From: Jimgerdemannia flammicorona
Taxonomy: Eukaryota
Assembly (NCBI GenBank): GCA_003990765.1
Contig: RBNJ01000342.1
Location: forward strand, 1-32,526
Direction: 5' to 3'
DNA: 32,526 nucleotides
A program made the position numbers and the translations under genes. Positions 1-10,145 of the stretch are shown piece after piece. The notes beneath the pieces were generated by a model, which worked only from the letters and a program-made list of their open reading frames with translations, was not told the DNA's origin and did no database searches. Each line of letters opens with the position of its first letter. The stretch's first letter is position 1.

Positions 1-190
1 TCTGGTAGTAGCTTGAGATTTGTCCGATTCGGTGGGCCTCGCTAAGCATGTTCAGGGCATTCCATCGGGCTTCCACAAAGTAGAGGGGTGCCAGGCTATG
101 GATATTCATGAGGGGCAGAGGGGGTGTGGCTTGGTTGACAATGGCATTCCAAATGTCAGCACGGATGCGGTTGTAGATCTCGCTGGTCAT
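1..190 (-). CDS. N-terminal part of the LTR-encoded (U3) protein, uninterrupted in this copy
   Basis: ATG at 190 reads MTSEIYNRIRADIWNAIVNQATPPLPLMNIHSLAPLYFVEARWNALNMLSEAHRIGQISSYYQ without a stop to the window edge. It is homologous to the ORFs starting at 8358, 17924, 26150 and 27022. Confidence 0.75.
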   Translation of the reverse strand, partial: MTSEIYNRIRADIWNAIVNQATPPLPLMNIHSLAPLYFVEARWNALNMLSEAHRIGQISSYYQ

Positions 191-478
191 GTTTGTGTGT
201 TTGGAAGTTGTGGTTGTTGTTTGTTTTGGTTCTTTGATTCGACGCATCTCGGTGCTCAGTATATATGCATTTGGTCCTGATTGGTAAGGTTCCATTTGTG
301 TAGATCTTGTGTTCCATGACTTCGTATTGACTCAGCTTTGTGCGCTGTGACTTCGGTTTGACTCAGCTTCGTGATCAGGCAGGTGATTTCCAGATTTGTT
401 CGGAGGTCGCGTGTGATTTCAGTGGCTTGTCCAGAGGGTGACGTGTGATTTCGGTGGCTTGGAGGTTGTGTGCTTACA
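1..478 (-). mobile_element. Partial LTR (copy D) of the A/B Ty3/Gypsy family, B-type subfamily; 5' LTR of a minus-strand element or solo LTR, continuing left of the window
   Basis: On the minus strand it starts TGTAAGCACACAACCTCC at 478, like the LTR starts at 8102, 18212, 26436 and 26762. It has the ~30-bp tandem duplication (GTGTGATTTCRGTGGCTT) near the LTR start, as in the B LTRs. The flank at 479+ (GCGGC) is not the PPT, so this is not a 3' LTR. Confidence 0.93.
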
Positions 479-1005
479 GCGGCATCCAAAAGGTGGGAGG
501 AGGCGAAGGCCACAAAAGCGGCGCAGGCATATTGGAAGGCGGTGGAGGCAGCGGCGGCAGAAGCAGCAGCGGCATCAGCAGCAGCAAGCTTGGCGGCGGC
601 AGTGGCGGCACGGATCTCTTCGGAGAGGGCTTGGTGGCAGGCCTCGGGGAGAACAGAGTAGCGGACGGCGGGCGGAGCGACGACGTCGACGTCATGGCGG
701 AGACGAGCCTCCTTGGTGGAGAGGGCAAGAACCGACCGGAACTGAGAGAGGAGCAGATGACCAGAAGGACGAAGGTCCAGGGGGAGGGAAAGGATGGCAG
801 AAGAGATGTAGGTCTCGAAGGAGACAGTGGCAGGGGTGAAGGCAGGGGGAGGGGGAGGAGGAAGTACCTCATCCATGAGCTCGTCGACGAGGACGGAGGC
901 CCCAAGGGCAGGCGGTACAGCAGAGGAGGAGGAAGGCCCAGCGGGAGCCAAGGGAGCGAACCCAGAGCCAGTGTCAAAGCGAACGGAAGACATGTGGAAG
1001 AGCAT
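479..1005 (-). pseudogene. Ala/Pro-rich hypothetical protein (ORF of the inverted-repeat element), interrupted by LTR D at 478
   Basis: ORF track 256..1005(-). ATGs at 1005 and 993 (MSSVRFDTGSG...), with TATATAA at 1078-1084(-) upstream. Translation left of 479 is read-through into the LTR. The start of this ORF is duplicated in inverted form at 1663-1749. Confidence 0.5.
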
Positions 1006-1749
1006 GTATAAGGGGGATGAACAAAGAACATAACCGAAAATGCATCAGCCGTTTATTGCCACGTAAAAACGCGGTCCTTATATACAAAATACGACGTCCC
1101 AAAAGGGAGGACATGCCACAACTCGGGGTGAACCAAATTAGGAACCACATGATCGCTGGAGATAAGCGGAGATAAAGGGGGAGCCAATCCCAGTTGCAGG
1201 ATAAAAATCACAAACAAACACAAACAAAACAAATCCAAATCGAGATTAAAAAACATCCGCAGACCCCGGAGGGGTGAGCATGAGCGAGGGGTGAGGCCGA
1301 AACGGAGCGAGCCGCAGCGAGCCCAAGCGAAGCAAGGGGCCGAAGGCAGCGGAGGGGAGCGGAGTAATGCCGAGACCCTGGAGCAAGCACGAGACCCCGG
1401 AGGGGGCAAGGATGTTTTTTAATCTCGATTTGGATTTGTTTTGTTTGTGTTTGTTTGTGATTTTTATCCTGCAACTGGGATTGGCTCCCCCTTTATCTCC
1501 ACTTATCTCCGGCGGTCATGTGGTTCCTAATTCGGTTTGCCCCGAGTTGTGGTGCGTCCTCCCTTTTGGGATGTCGTATTTTGTATATAAGGACCACGTT
1601 TTTACGTGGCAATAAACGGCTGATGCATTTTCGGTTACGTTCTTTGTTCGTCCCCCTTATACATGCTCTTCTACATGTCTTCCATTCGCTTTGACACTGG
1701 CTCTGGGTTCGCTCCCTTGGCTCCCGCTGGGCCTTCCTCCTCCTCCTCT
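922..1749. repeat. Long inverted repeat: arms 922-1258 and 1410-1749 around a 151-bp purine-rich spacer; probable end of an unclassified mobile element
   Basis: The arms are reverse complements, e.g. AAATCGAGATTAAAAAACATCC / GGATGTTTTTTAATCTCGATTT and GAGGAGGAAGGCCCAGCGGGAGCC / GGCTCCCGCTGGGCCTTCCTCCTC. They differ mainly by CpG-type transitions. Confidence 0.92.
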
Positions 1750-3749
1750 TTATTTAATATTTAGGATGAAGCAGTATATGAGCAAATTGATTATATACTA
1801 GATGAGAATTATAACAGTATATCTTCACTATTATGATAATTGTACCCTTTAAGTTAATAATACTTAATATTAATAACTTAAAGGCACTTATATCAGATGT
1901 CTGTAGTTTGAGGAAGCAGCTATCTTAATGCCTAAATACTGTCTGTTGTACTTCTAATTAATCTAGTCTCCTTCTGGTAGACTTAGATAACAATTTGGTA
2001 ATTACAGACTTTAATTCTTTAAAGTCTAAGTCTTTTAGTATATCCTTCTTAGATATAGTCTAGTTCTGAGAATTATATTTAGATTCTTCAGAGTTCAAAT
2101 ATTTATAGAGTTCAGGATATCTATTTTTAGATGTGGTCTTTTTTAGTTTAAGTTATTCAGAGACTTATCTATATATTATAAACTTTAAGTCTTAATTGTT
2201 CTCTTTTTGATATTGTATAAATTCTGTCTTTTATTAAGTCACTTGCTTGAGGGTATTTATACATTTTTAAGGACTTTACATTTTGACTGACTATTGGCTA
2301 AAAGATATAAGACAGAAAGTTGCTAAGAGTGATGTAAAAGTTACACTATAATGATATCATTATGAAGTCATAATGATACTATTTAATAATATCATTTTTA
2401 TATACTATTTATGAAGTAATGTTCTGGATTTCAACTAAGACTTTGTGATGTAGTGTTTCATTATATCATATAGTAGTAATAAACTTCTGTATAAAGGGTT
2501 AGGGGTCTTTTATCTGATTTTATTTCAGATGAGAAAGAGATTAGCTCTTCTGAGCTAACTTCTGATCTTATAGTCTCAGATAATATAGTAGACTAGTCAG
2601 GAATTAGTCTGACATTTGAGGGGACAGGAAAGCCATGTGGCCAGATACTGATAGGGATGGAGACTTGTATAATTGGTCCTTGAAAGAGACCAATGATAGA
2701 GTTGAATATCTTATTCTCATATAGCCAAGTATTATCATTATAATGATCTTGAAGATTAAAGTCATTTATAAGATCTAACTCTACTTGTGTTATGTGGATG
2801 TCATTGAGGCTACCAATTTCAATAGAGACTATTCCTTATATACTACTAATGACAAAGGGTATTTTTCTGAACAATTGGTAGATATAGAGTAAAATATGCT
2901 GTCTAAATATAAAGACATTGTATTTGTCCAGGATTTCTGAAGTATTTATATTATTTCTGACAATGAGTCTGCCTGTCTGGTAGTTTCTCAATGTCATGAA
3001 GTATCTGGTGACCTGTTGCATTCTTAATACAACTTTATCAGTAGCTTATAGATACTGCTCAAGGTTATAGATATCTATATCAACATATTCTTAAGAGAAC
3101 TGATGTTGATGGTCAAAGACAGTATTCCAGAGTACTTGATAGATATATTCAGAGAGTGTAGGCATAATTTGTTTATGTCTTAGTTTTGTTTTGGAGGAGG
3201 GGTGTCTGTGTATTTGTGTAGTAATTATTTGGATAATTATTTTCCAAAGCCAATTTGTAGGATATTTATTTATTTACCAAATAAACTATTTTAGTATATG
3301 GCAACCATGATTTCATAGCTTATCATGGTCTAGTTTAGCCCATGAAGTCACTGGTCTTAAAGATCTTACTAACTTCTGACATCAGAGGACTGATAATATC
3401 AGTGGCTAATTTTGATATACTCTAGTTTCTATGATATCATAGACTATTTTAGATTATGACATCAATGTGGCTAAAGACTAATTTAGTCTCATATTATTTT
3501 TAGCATTCTTAGTCTATTTCTGAGGCATATCCTTAGTAATGTTAGTGTGAGTGTACACTAAACTAGTACAGAGACTAGTGTGACTACTATGATGTTACTG
3601 GCTAAAGAGGGCTGAAATTAGTGCAAAATCATTATGATCTCACTAATATTCATGTATTTTCTAGCATATAACCTTGCTAGTGACATGAATCTGATGATAT
3701 CAGCTTAGTGATGTCATCATTTGTGACATTATAATGTATTTTCATTATA
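1750..3749 (-). mobile_element. Degenerate ~2 kb 3' LTR of element C (left boundary approximate)
   Basis: On the minus strand, AAGGACATTAAATCTTAAAGAAGAGATAA|TATAATG at 3778-3743 parallels the A/B 3' end GAGGACGTCGAAAGCTAAGAAGGGGAGAGT|TGTAAG. A TATA context GTATAAATACCCTC at 2254-2261 matches the A/B LTR TATA and lies a similar ~500 nt from the LTR end. Confidence 0.6.
2461..3165 (-). pseudogene. Degenerate ORF within the U3 of element C's LTR
   Basis: ATG at 3165 follows a CA-rich leader and reads MPTLSEYIYQVLWNTVFDHQHQFS*EYVDIDIYNLEQYL*ATDKVVLR, in frame with ORF-track 2836..3021. The stops are explicable as CAA>TAA. After a probable frameshift it continues ...FQGPIIQVSIPISIWPHGFPVPSNV... 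to about 2461. Confidence 0.5.
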
Positions 3750-3763
3750 TTATCTCTTCTTTA
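3750..3763 (-). other. Polypurine tract of element C (decayed)
   Basis: Minus-strand AAAGAAGAGATAA immediately before the decayed LTR start TATAATG (ancestral TGTAACG inferred). Confidence 0.55.
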
Positions 3764-4049
3764 AGATTTAATGTCCTTATTAAATAGTTCTATAGGACTT
3801 TTTTCAATATCTCTATTTATTGGTCTAGTTTGAAAAATTTTTCTGATCCCATAACCTCTGGCAGGAGATTGAAAAGTGGTATTTATGGGCTGGTATCTTC
3901 TTTTATATAAAGTAAGGGTCTAATTTTGATCTTGACCAATCAGTTGATAGTTCAAACTCCTCTAGCTTCAAAAGTCTTATGGATGAATAGTTGCTAGTAC
4001 TATATCTCTTAGAGAATGGTCCAGACAGATTGTCTGCTGATTATGGGAC

Positions 4050-4900
4050 ATGCTGTTATGATTTATAGACTAAAACCTTATGGGTGGTTGTTATGTTTTA
4101 CTTCTCCTATATAGCTTCTTAAGTCTGTTTTTATATACTATAGTAGGCAGTATAGTCTCTGAGAGTTTTCTAAGCCAAAGAGTAGTTTTCTTAATATGTA
4201 TCTTATATGTAGAAGAGTCTTTTCTATTTGGGCTTCTAGTTTTTATAACTATGAGGCTTCTATTATATCTCAATATAGTAGAATCTTTTTGATGGGTTCT
4301 AGAGTCTTGTAATTCTTTTCTACATTCTTTCTTGTTAGTGCTTGTGACTTGATAATATAATCTTCTATCTTCTTCTTGATTTGATATAGTTTCCAGATTT
4401 TTGAGTTAATCTATCACTAAGTTAGATCTAGATTTGTGACTGAGATTCTACATATCAGAATCTTCTTCTCCAAAGAGTAGTTCTCTTGGAGAAAGTGTGT
4501 ACTCTGTGATCATATATCTTATTTAGATATAGTGTTATTATACTATTTGAATGATCATAAGTCTGAGGACTTTTGTTTCTTTCAAAAAGTAGTATGCTTA
4601 TAGTACAGTTGCCTAATATATTAAATTCATATGTTAAAGGGTTATATATTCAATACTATATACCAGAAGTGATTCTGGTATCAATTATTGCTAGAGAATT
4701 TTCTGTAAAGAAATCTTCTTAAATATCTATATCTCATTTTCTACCAGTAGTACATATGAGGAGAATAGGCTAACTTTCAGTTTTACTGTTTTTTCCTTAG
4801 AGGGCTTATATTCTTTTATTTTAATCTTATTGTCATTCTCACAGTTAATCCTTTTTAGGATTACTAGTTTTAGCTTGTAAAAATTTTCTTGTGATCTTTT
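4050..4900 (-). pseudogene. Possible decayed accessory ORF between pol and the 3' LTR of element C
   Basis: 4540-4805 is clearly homologous to A 26442-26708. The minus-strand translation gives protein-like blocks (YYW*KMRYRYLRRFL..., DTRITSGI*Y*IYNPLT). Frame and limits are uncertain. Confidence 0.35.
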
Positions 4901-5099
4901 CCTGTATTTACTTGTTTTATTCTAGCAATTAGTACCTTATAGTATAGTAGATAGTAGGTTAATCTTGGGACTATGAGTTAGAGGTTCAACTTCCCCAAAT
5001 TTGGGATATTATATATATTATTTAGCCTATATTACCTAGACCTATTATATCCATTTATTCTTTTTAGACTAGGAGATATGAGTGATATGTCAGTGAGAT

Positions 5100-8000
5100 T
5101 ACAGTTTTCTTTCTTATTATACTAAATATTCTAAGATCTTTTCTTTAGCATTAGTGAGGTTTCTTTCTGATTCCCAAGTAGAGTCATATAAAGGGTAGCC
5201 TTCCCATTTTACTAAATATTCTAAAGAGGTTCCTTAACTCTTTTTTATAACTTAGTAGTCTAAAATTTATTCTACAATATATTCTGTCCTTCAATTATTA
5301 TGGGTGATAGTGGGAGTATTTCCTGATTAGAAATTTGATTTGGAGTATACTGCTTAAGTAGTGAGATATGAAATATATTATATATCTTCATATCTTGAGG
5401 GAGTTCTAATTGATATGATACATTAGATATTATTTCTTTAACTGGGTAGAGTCTAATATATTTTGGGCATAGACTTTGTTTAGAGTGCTCAGTTTGATTT
5501 GTTACAGTTATACATATTAGAGGCTTCTAAGAGAACTAAGTCTCCTACTTTGAAGAGGACCTCTCTTCTATATTGGTTGGCATATTTGACTTATTACTCC
5601 TGAGCCTTTTGTAATTCTTTTTGGACTAACTGTATAATATTTTCAATAGTTACTATAAGATCTTCTGCTGTAGGTATTATAGATTTTTCTATAGTTGCCA
5701 GAGTTTATAGGTATTAACTAGAATTTATAAAGAAGAGTGTCATTTGGGTAGATGACTATTTGGCATTATTATAGGCAAATTCTGCCAATGGGAGATATTG
5801 GTCCCAGTTATCTTATTTGTAACTATAGAATATTCTCAACATTTGTTTAAGAGTTCTGTTAGTTCTTTCTATCTGATCATCAGTTTGTGGATGGTAGGCA
5901 GTATAGAATAATAACTTAGTATTTATTATTCCAAAGAATGCTTTCCAGAAAGTACTTATAAACTTGGAATCTCTATCTGAGATTATTACTGAGGATAGTC
6001 CATGCAGTTTAAAAACTATATGTAAGAAAATATTTGCTGTTTCTGGAGCAGTAACTGTGATAGTAGTAGGTTCAAAATATGCTTATTTGCTGAGCCTATC
6101 TCTGAACACTACTATAGCATCCTTTTCTTGGTTGGTTTTGGGTAGTTTTACTATAAAGTCTAAGACAATCTGGTTCCAATTTCTAGTAGATATTGGTAGA
6201 GGTTGAAGAAGTTCTAAAGATACTTGATTTCTTGTCTTTTCTTTAATATAGATCATAGGAATAACAGAAGTCCTTGATATCATCTGTTATTCTTGACTAG
6301 TAAAAGTTCTGAGTTATATTAGCAAGAGTTTTTTTTATAATCATAATATCCTGCAAAAGGTATATCATAGTATTCTTGTATAATTTGAAGTCTCAGTTTT
6401 TGGTTTTTAGGAATTAAGACTCTTATTTCATTATAGTATAATAACTCTTCTTTGAGGGTTAATTTTTTGGTCAATTCTTTGAGTTTTGAGTCATTGATTG
6501 GGTTTTGTAAGAATTTACAAATTTCTTAGTGAGTAAGATTATAGGCTTCTCTGATCTGATTCTTGAGATCATTGGTTATAATTATAATAGCTGCTATTTA
6601 CTCTGTTTGTTCTATTCTTGAGAGAGCATCAGCTACTATATTTGTTTTTCCAGAGTGATATTCTACTGTAAAGTCATAATCTGCTAGAGCTTCTATCCAT
6701 CTTGCTTATCTTTTAGTCAAAGTAGGTTGATAGTGAATATAGACAAGAGATTGATAATCTGTAATGATAGGAAAATGTTTTCCTATCAGAAAGTATCTTC
6801 ATTCTTTGAGACTTCTAACTATGGCAAAAAATTCCTTTTCATGAGTAGCATATCTTATTTCTGCTTCTTTTAACTTTTGAGAAAAGTAAGCTACTAGGTG
6901 TTTCTCTTGAGTAAGGACTGCTCTAATTGCTATATCTGATGCATCAGTAGTAACTTCAAAGAAGCCTTTTAGATTAGAGATCACCAATACTAGTATATTA
7001 GTGAGAAGTCTTTTTAGATAATTGATAGCTTGTATTTAGATAGAAGTCCAATGTTTTTTAATATCTATAGGTTTTTGAGTGAGTGCTGTTAGAGGAACTG
7101 CTACTCTAGAGAATCCTTCTATAAATTATCTAATCCTTATAATTCTTTAAGATTTTCTGGTTGGGGCCAGTCTTCTACAGCTTTAATCAATCTGGGTGAA
7201 GTTTTAACTATTTCTTTTCCAACAATATGTCCAAGGTATTCTACTTCTTCTTGCAAGAAGTAATATTTTTCAAGCTTTAAATATAACTGATTTTTTCTGA
7301 ATATAGTGAAGACTTCTCTTAGATATTGAAGGTGCTCTTTTTGAGTTATACTATAGATGAGAATATCATCTATATAAACTAGTACACACTTGTATAATAG
7401 AGGCTTAAAGATGTCATTCATGAAGGTCTGAAATGTTGCTGGAGTATTAGTTAATCCAAAGGGCATAACTTTGAATTGATAATGTTCATATCTTATTTTG
7501 AAGACTATTTTCTCTATATCTCTTTCATCTATTCCTATGTGTCAAAATTCTTCTTTAAGATCACCTAAGATTATAACCTTAGCTTTATAAAGCTGAGTGA
7601 GTAGTTCTTTTATATATACTAGGTAGAAGATATTGGTTTTGTATAGTGATCTTGTTAAGTAGATAGTAGTCTATATATATTCTTAATGTTCTATCCTTCT
7701 TTTTTACAAATAGAATGGGTGCTCCATAAGAAGATACACTTGGTTCAATATATTCTTTATCAAGAAGTGTCTTTAGAGTTTCTCTTAAGGCTTCTAGCTC
7801 TGGCTGAGACATAGGATAGATAGGTCTATGAAGAGATGATGATCTTAAAATTATATCAATCTTATGATTGACTTTTCTTTTAGGTAGAGGCTTTGTTGGT
7901 TCTTGAAATATATCAGAGAATTCTTTTATAAGAGGCTGAATTATTTGTGGGATTTGAATAGCTTTCTTTTCTTTTAGAACTATCTATATTAAGCAGAGGT

Positions 8001-8101
8001 AATAATCTTCTATTCTTTTGACTTCTTTATAGAATTGAATAGCTGAGATTATTTCTACTTATACTGACTTTAGATTTAAAGTAAGCTTTTGACCCTGTTT
8101 C
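5100..8101 (-). pseudogene. pol: Element C pol, 3' part: RT, RNase H, integrase, chromodomain (heavily decayed)
   Basis: Motifs are [29 protein letters not shown] and VYIDDILIYS (YIDD at 7365-7376), RNase H TTDASDIAI..AYFSQKL, integrase WNQIVLDFIVKLP and YHPQTDDQIER, and chromodomain-like LEYLVKWEGYPLYDSTWE (about 5170-5225). Confidence 0.93.
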
Positions 8102-8182
8102 TGTAAGTGCACAACCTCCAAGCCACTGAAATCACACATGACCTCCAAACAAATCTGGAAATCACCTGCTCAATCACAAAGC

Positions 8183-8288
8183 TGAGTCAAACCGAAGTCA
8201 CAGTGTACAAAGCTGAGTCAATATGAAGTCACAGAACACAAGATTCACACAAACAGAATCTTACCAATCAGGACCAAATACATATATA
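8183..8288 (+). promoter_or_regulatory. Upstream LTR promoter module: two TGAGTCA (AP-1/Gcn4-type) sites, CCAAT, TATATA
   Basis: TGAGTCA at 8183-8189 and 8214-8220, CCAATCA at 8264-8270 and TATATA at 8283-8288, about 70 nt upstream of the U3 ORF ATG. Recognisable in all five LTR copies. Confidence 0.55.
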
Positions 8289-8357
8289 CTGAGCACTAAG
8301 ATGCATCAAATCAGAGAACCAAAATAAACAACAACCATAACTTCCAAACATATAAAC

Positions 8358-9447
8358 ATGACCACCAAGATCTATATCCATATCTGTGCTGATATTTGGA
8401 ATACCATTATCAACCGAGCCACACCCCCTCTGCCCCTCATGAATATCCATAGCCTAGCACCCCTCTACTTCGTGGAAGCCCAATGGAATGCTCTGAATAT
8501 ACTTAGCAAGGCCCACCAAATCGGACAAATCTCAAGCTACTACCAGATTGGTCACCTCCTGAAAGATATGATTGAATACCACTATGATACAGACATTACT
8601 CAGATATCTCAACACCAGAAGCCACAAACATCGAGAACTCTTCTATGAGTATAGTACCATTATTTCCTGCCTCTGAGTTACCACAGCTAAAATGGTTGCT
8701 ACTCTGTCCTATGGCCAAATCGATGACATGATATAAGAACTCAACCACAAGTACCTTGAGTATGTCAAAACCACAGACAGAATCTTCTCACACCCCAATG
8801 ATCATATCCTGCAAATGCCCCAAGTTGGATATGCCATGAAGGATATCTATGATATAATCCACTTCGATGAAGATAAAGCAGAAGACAATGATCCCTCTGA
8901 TACCAATATGACCCCAAGCCAAGGATCCCTGCCAACATTAATTATACCACCAACCTTGCTGATGAACTTACAACAATTTATAACCACATATAAGACTTAT
9001 TGGGACAATGACCACTGGTATGAATACCAATCTGCATTCACCCTCAATTACTTCAACTACAATGAAGAGACTGGAGAACACAACCTATACCTCCAGACAA
9101 CCCTTGAGATTGAACCAACCACTCCACCACCTGAGTACGAGTGATATAAATCACAGCCACCAGCTTACTATAACCCCGCAACTCATAGTGCTGTAACCTA
9201 TAGAAGGTATGCAGACAGCGAATCCGATGAAAGTGAAGATGATGTACCCCTCCTCTGCCCACCAACACCTTATTCAGCATATGAGACAGACAATGCTATT
9301 CTGTGGGATGGTGACAAAGTTCCAATATATTATTACCTCAGTGAACAAGGAGAAGTAATCTGCAAACCACTCTTCCTAGATAACTACTTCATCAGAGATG
9401 ATGCAATCAATGGTAATATCATCAAAGACTATCCAGACAGTGCCTAA
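8358..9447 (+). pseudogene. LTR-encoded U3 protein, A 5' LTR copy (8-nt deletion frameshift, premature stops)
   Basis: ORF-track pieces 8358..8648 and 8815..9144 join into one ancestral frame ending ...IIKDYPDSA* (TAA 9445-9447). Length is 1090 nt versus 1098 nt in the 3' LTR. Confidence 0.8.
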
Positions 9448-9508
9448 ACCTATATAGCCTAGCAGTTATAGTATAGTTAGATTAGCCTTATATGATGTGA
9501 CTGTAAAC

Positions 9509-9642
9509 TGACTCAGCAGTCAGATGATCTCTTGACATATCAGATCACACTTATACTATATGACTACATTCCGACTCAGCAAGGCACTTAGTGCTACATC
9601 CATATCTAGCATAGTCCAGATAGTCCCTCACTAGTATAAATA
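9509..9642 (+). promoter_or_regulatory. Downstream LTR promoter module (probable genomic RNA promoter): TGACTCA and TATAAATA
   Basis: TGACTCA at 9509-9515 and TATAAATA at 9635-9642. The TATA is conserved at 16732-16739(-), 24954-24961(-), 28309-28316(+) and, in element C, 2254-2261(-). Confidence 0.65.
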
Positions 9643-10133
9643 CCCCCTCCCCCAAACCTCAGAATCTCAGACTGGAATACTTGAACAATCCGAACACAAC
9701 TTCTGAGCACTTCTCCACAATATCCCTTCACACAACTACTTCTAGTATAGCAATAGTATGAATAGCAAATAAACCTATTTAATAACCCACAAACTACTCT
9801 TAAGTAAATCTGCTCCCCATTAGGTCCCACTCCTAACCCCATCACGAAATTTCCTAATTGGGTATTGTCTGCAGCAATACACCAATTCAACTAAGCTGGT
9901 CTTAGTTTCTTGAACTTCCTGAAATATGGAAAATTCTGAACATCCAGAACTAGTCTAAAAAAGGACTCTGGTTGAGATGTCAACCCAATCTTGAAATCAA
10001 TAAGCATAGAGAATATACTCCATATGAAATTGATCTTGACCATAAGAAAATGGTCTTCCAGAATATTCAGAACTTCCAGAAAACTCTTCTAGAACTATGT
10101 AATAATTACCTAAAAAGCAACCCTCTTATAACT

Positions 10134-10145
10134 TGATAGCAGCAG
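10134..10145 (+). other. Primer binding site of A, probably tRNA-iMet
   Basis: Starts 3 nt after the LTR. A reads TGATAGCAGCAG and B reads TAGTAGCAGTGG, giving consensus TGGTAGCAGCGG, which resembles the complement of eukaryotic initiator tRNA 3' ends (..GCTACCA). Confidence 0.65.

Larger units (their letters stand above)
8102..10130 (+). repeat. 5' LTR of element A (2029 bp)
   Basis: Starts TGTAAG and ends CCCTCTTATA (ancestral CTTACA, as in B). Direct repeat of 26762-28804. Confidence 0.96.

Noticed and set aside
438..1033. Plus-strand GC-rich ORFs (438..839, 445..1011, 470..661, 827..1033) and minus ORF 474..1031
   Set aside because: These are low-complexity alternative frames of GC-rich sequence. 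The minus frame from 1005/993 with an upstream TATA is the better candidate.
1285..1310. GTGAGGCCGAAAC as a hammerhead ribozyme core
   Set aside because: No CTGANGA box with the required stems is visible on either strand.
4080..4292. Hydrophobic plus-strand ORF suggesting an env or membrane protein
   Set aside because: It is antisense to element C in T-rich decayed sequence, so the hydrophobicity follows from base composition.
8161..8240. Short spaced repeats (AAGCTGAGTCAA..GAAGTCACAG) as a CRISPR-like array
   Set aside because: There are only two ~31-nt tandem units with no unique spacers. This is an LTR enhancer duplication in eukaryotic DNA.
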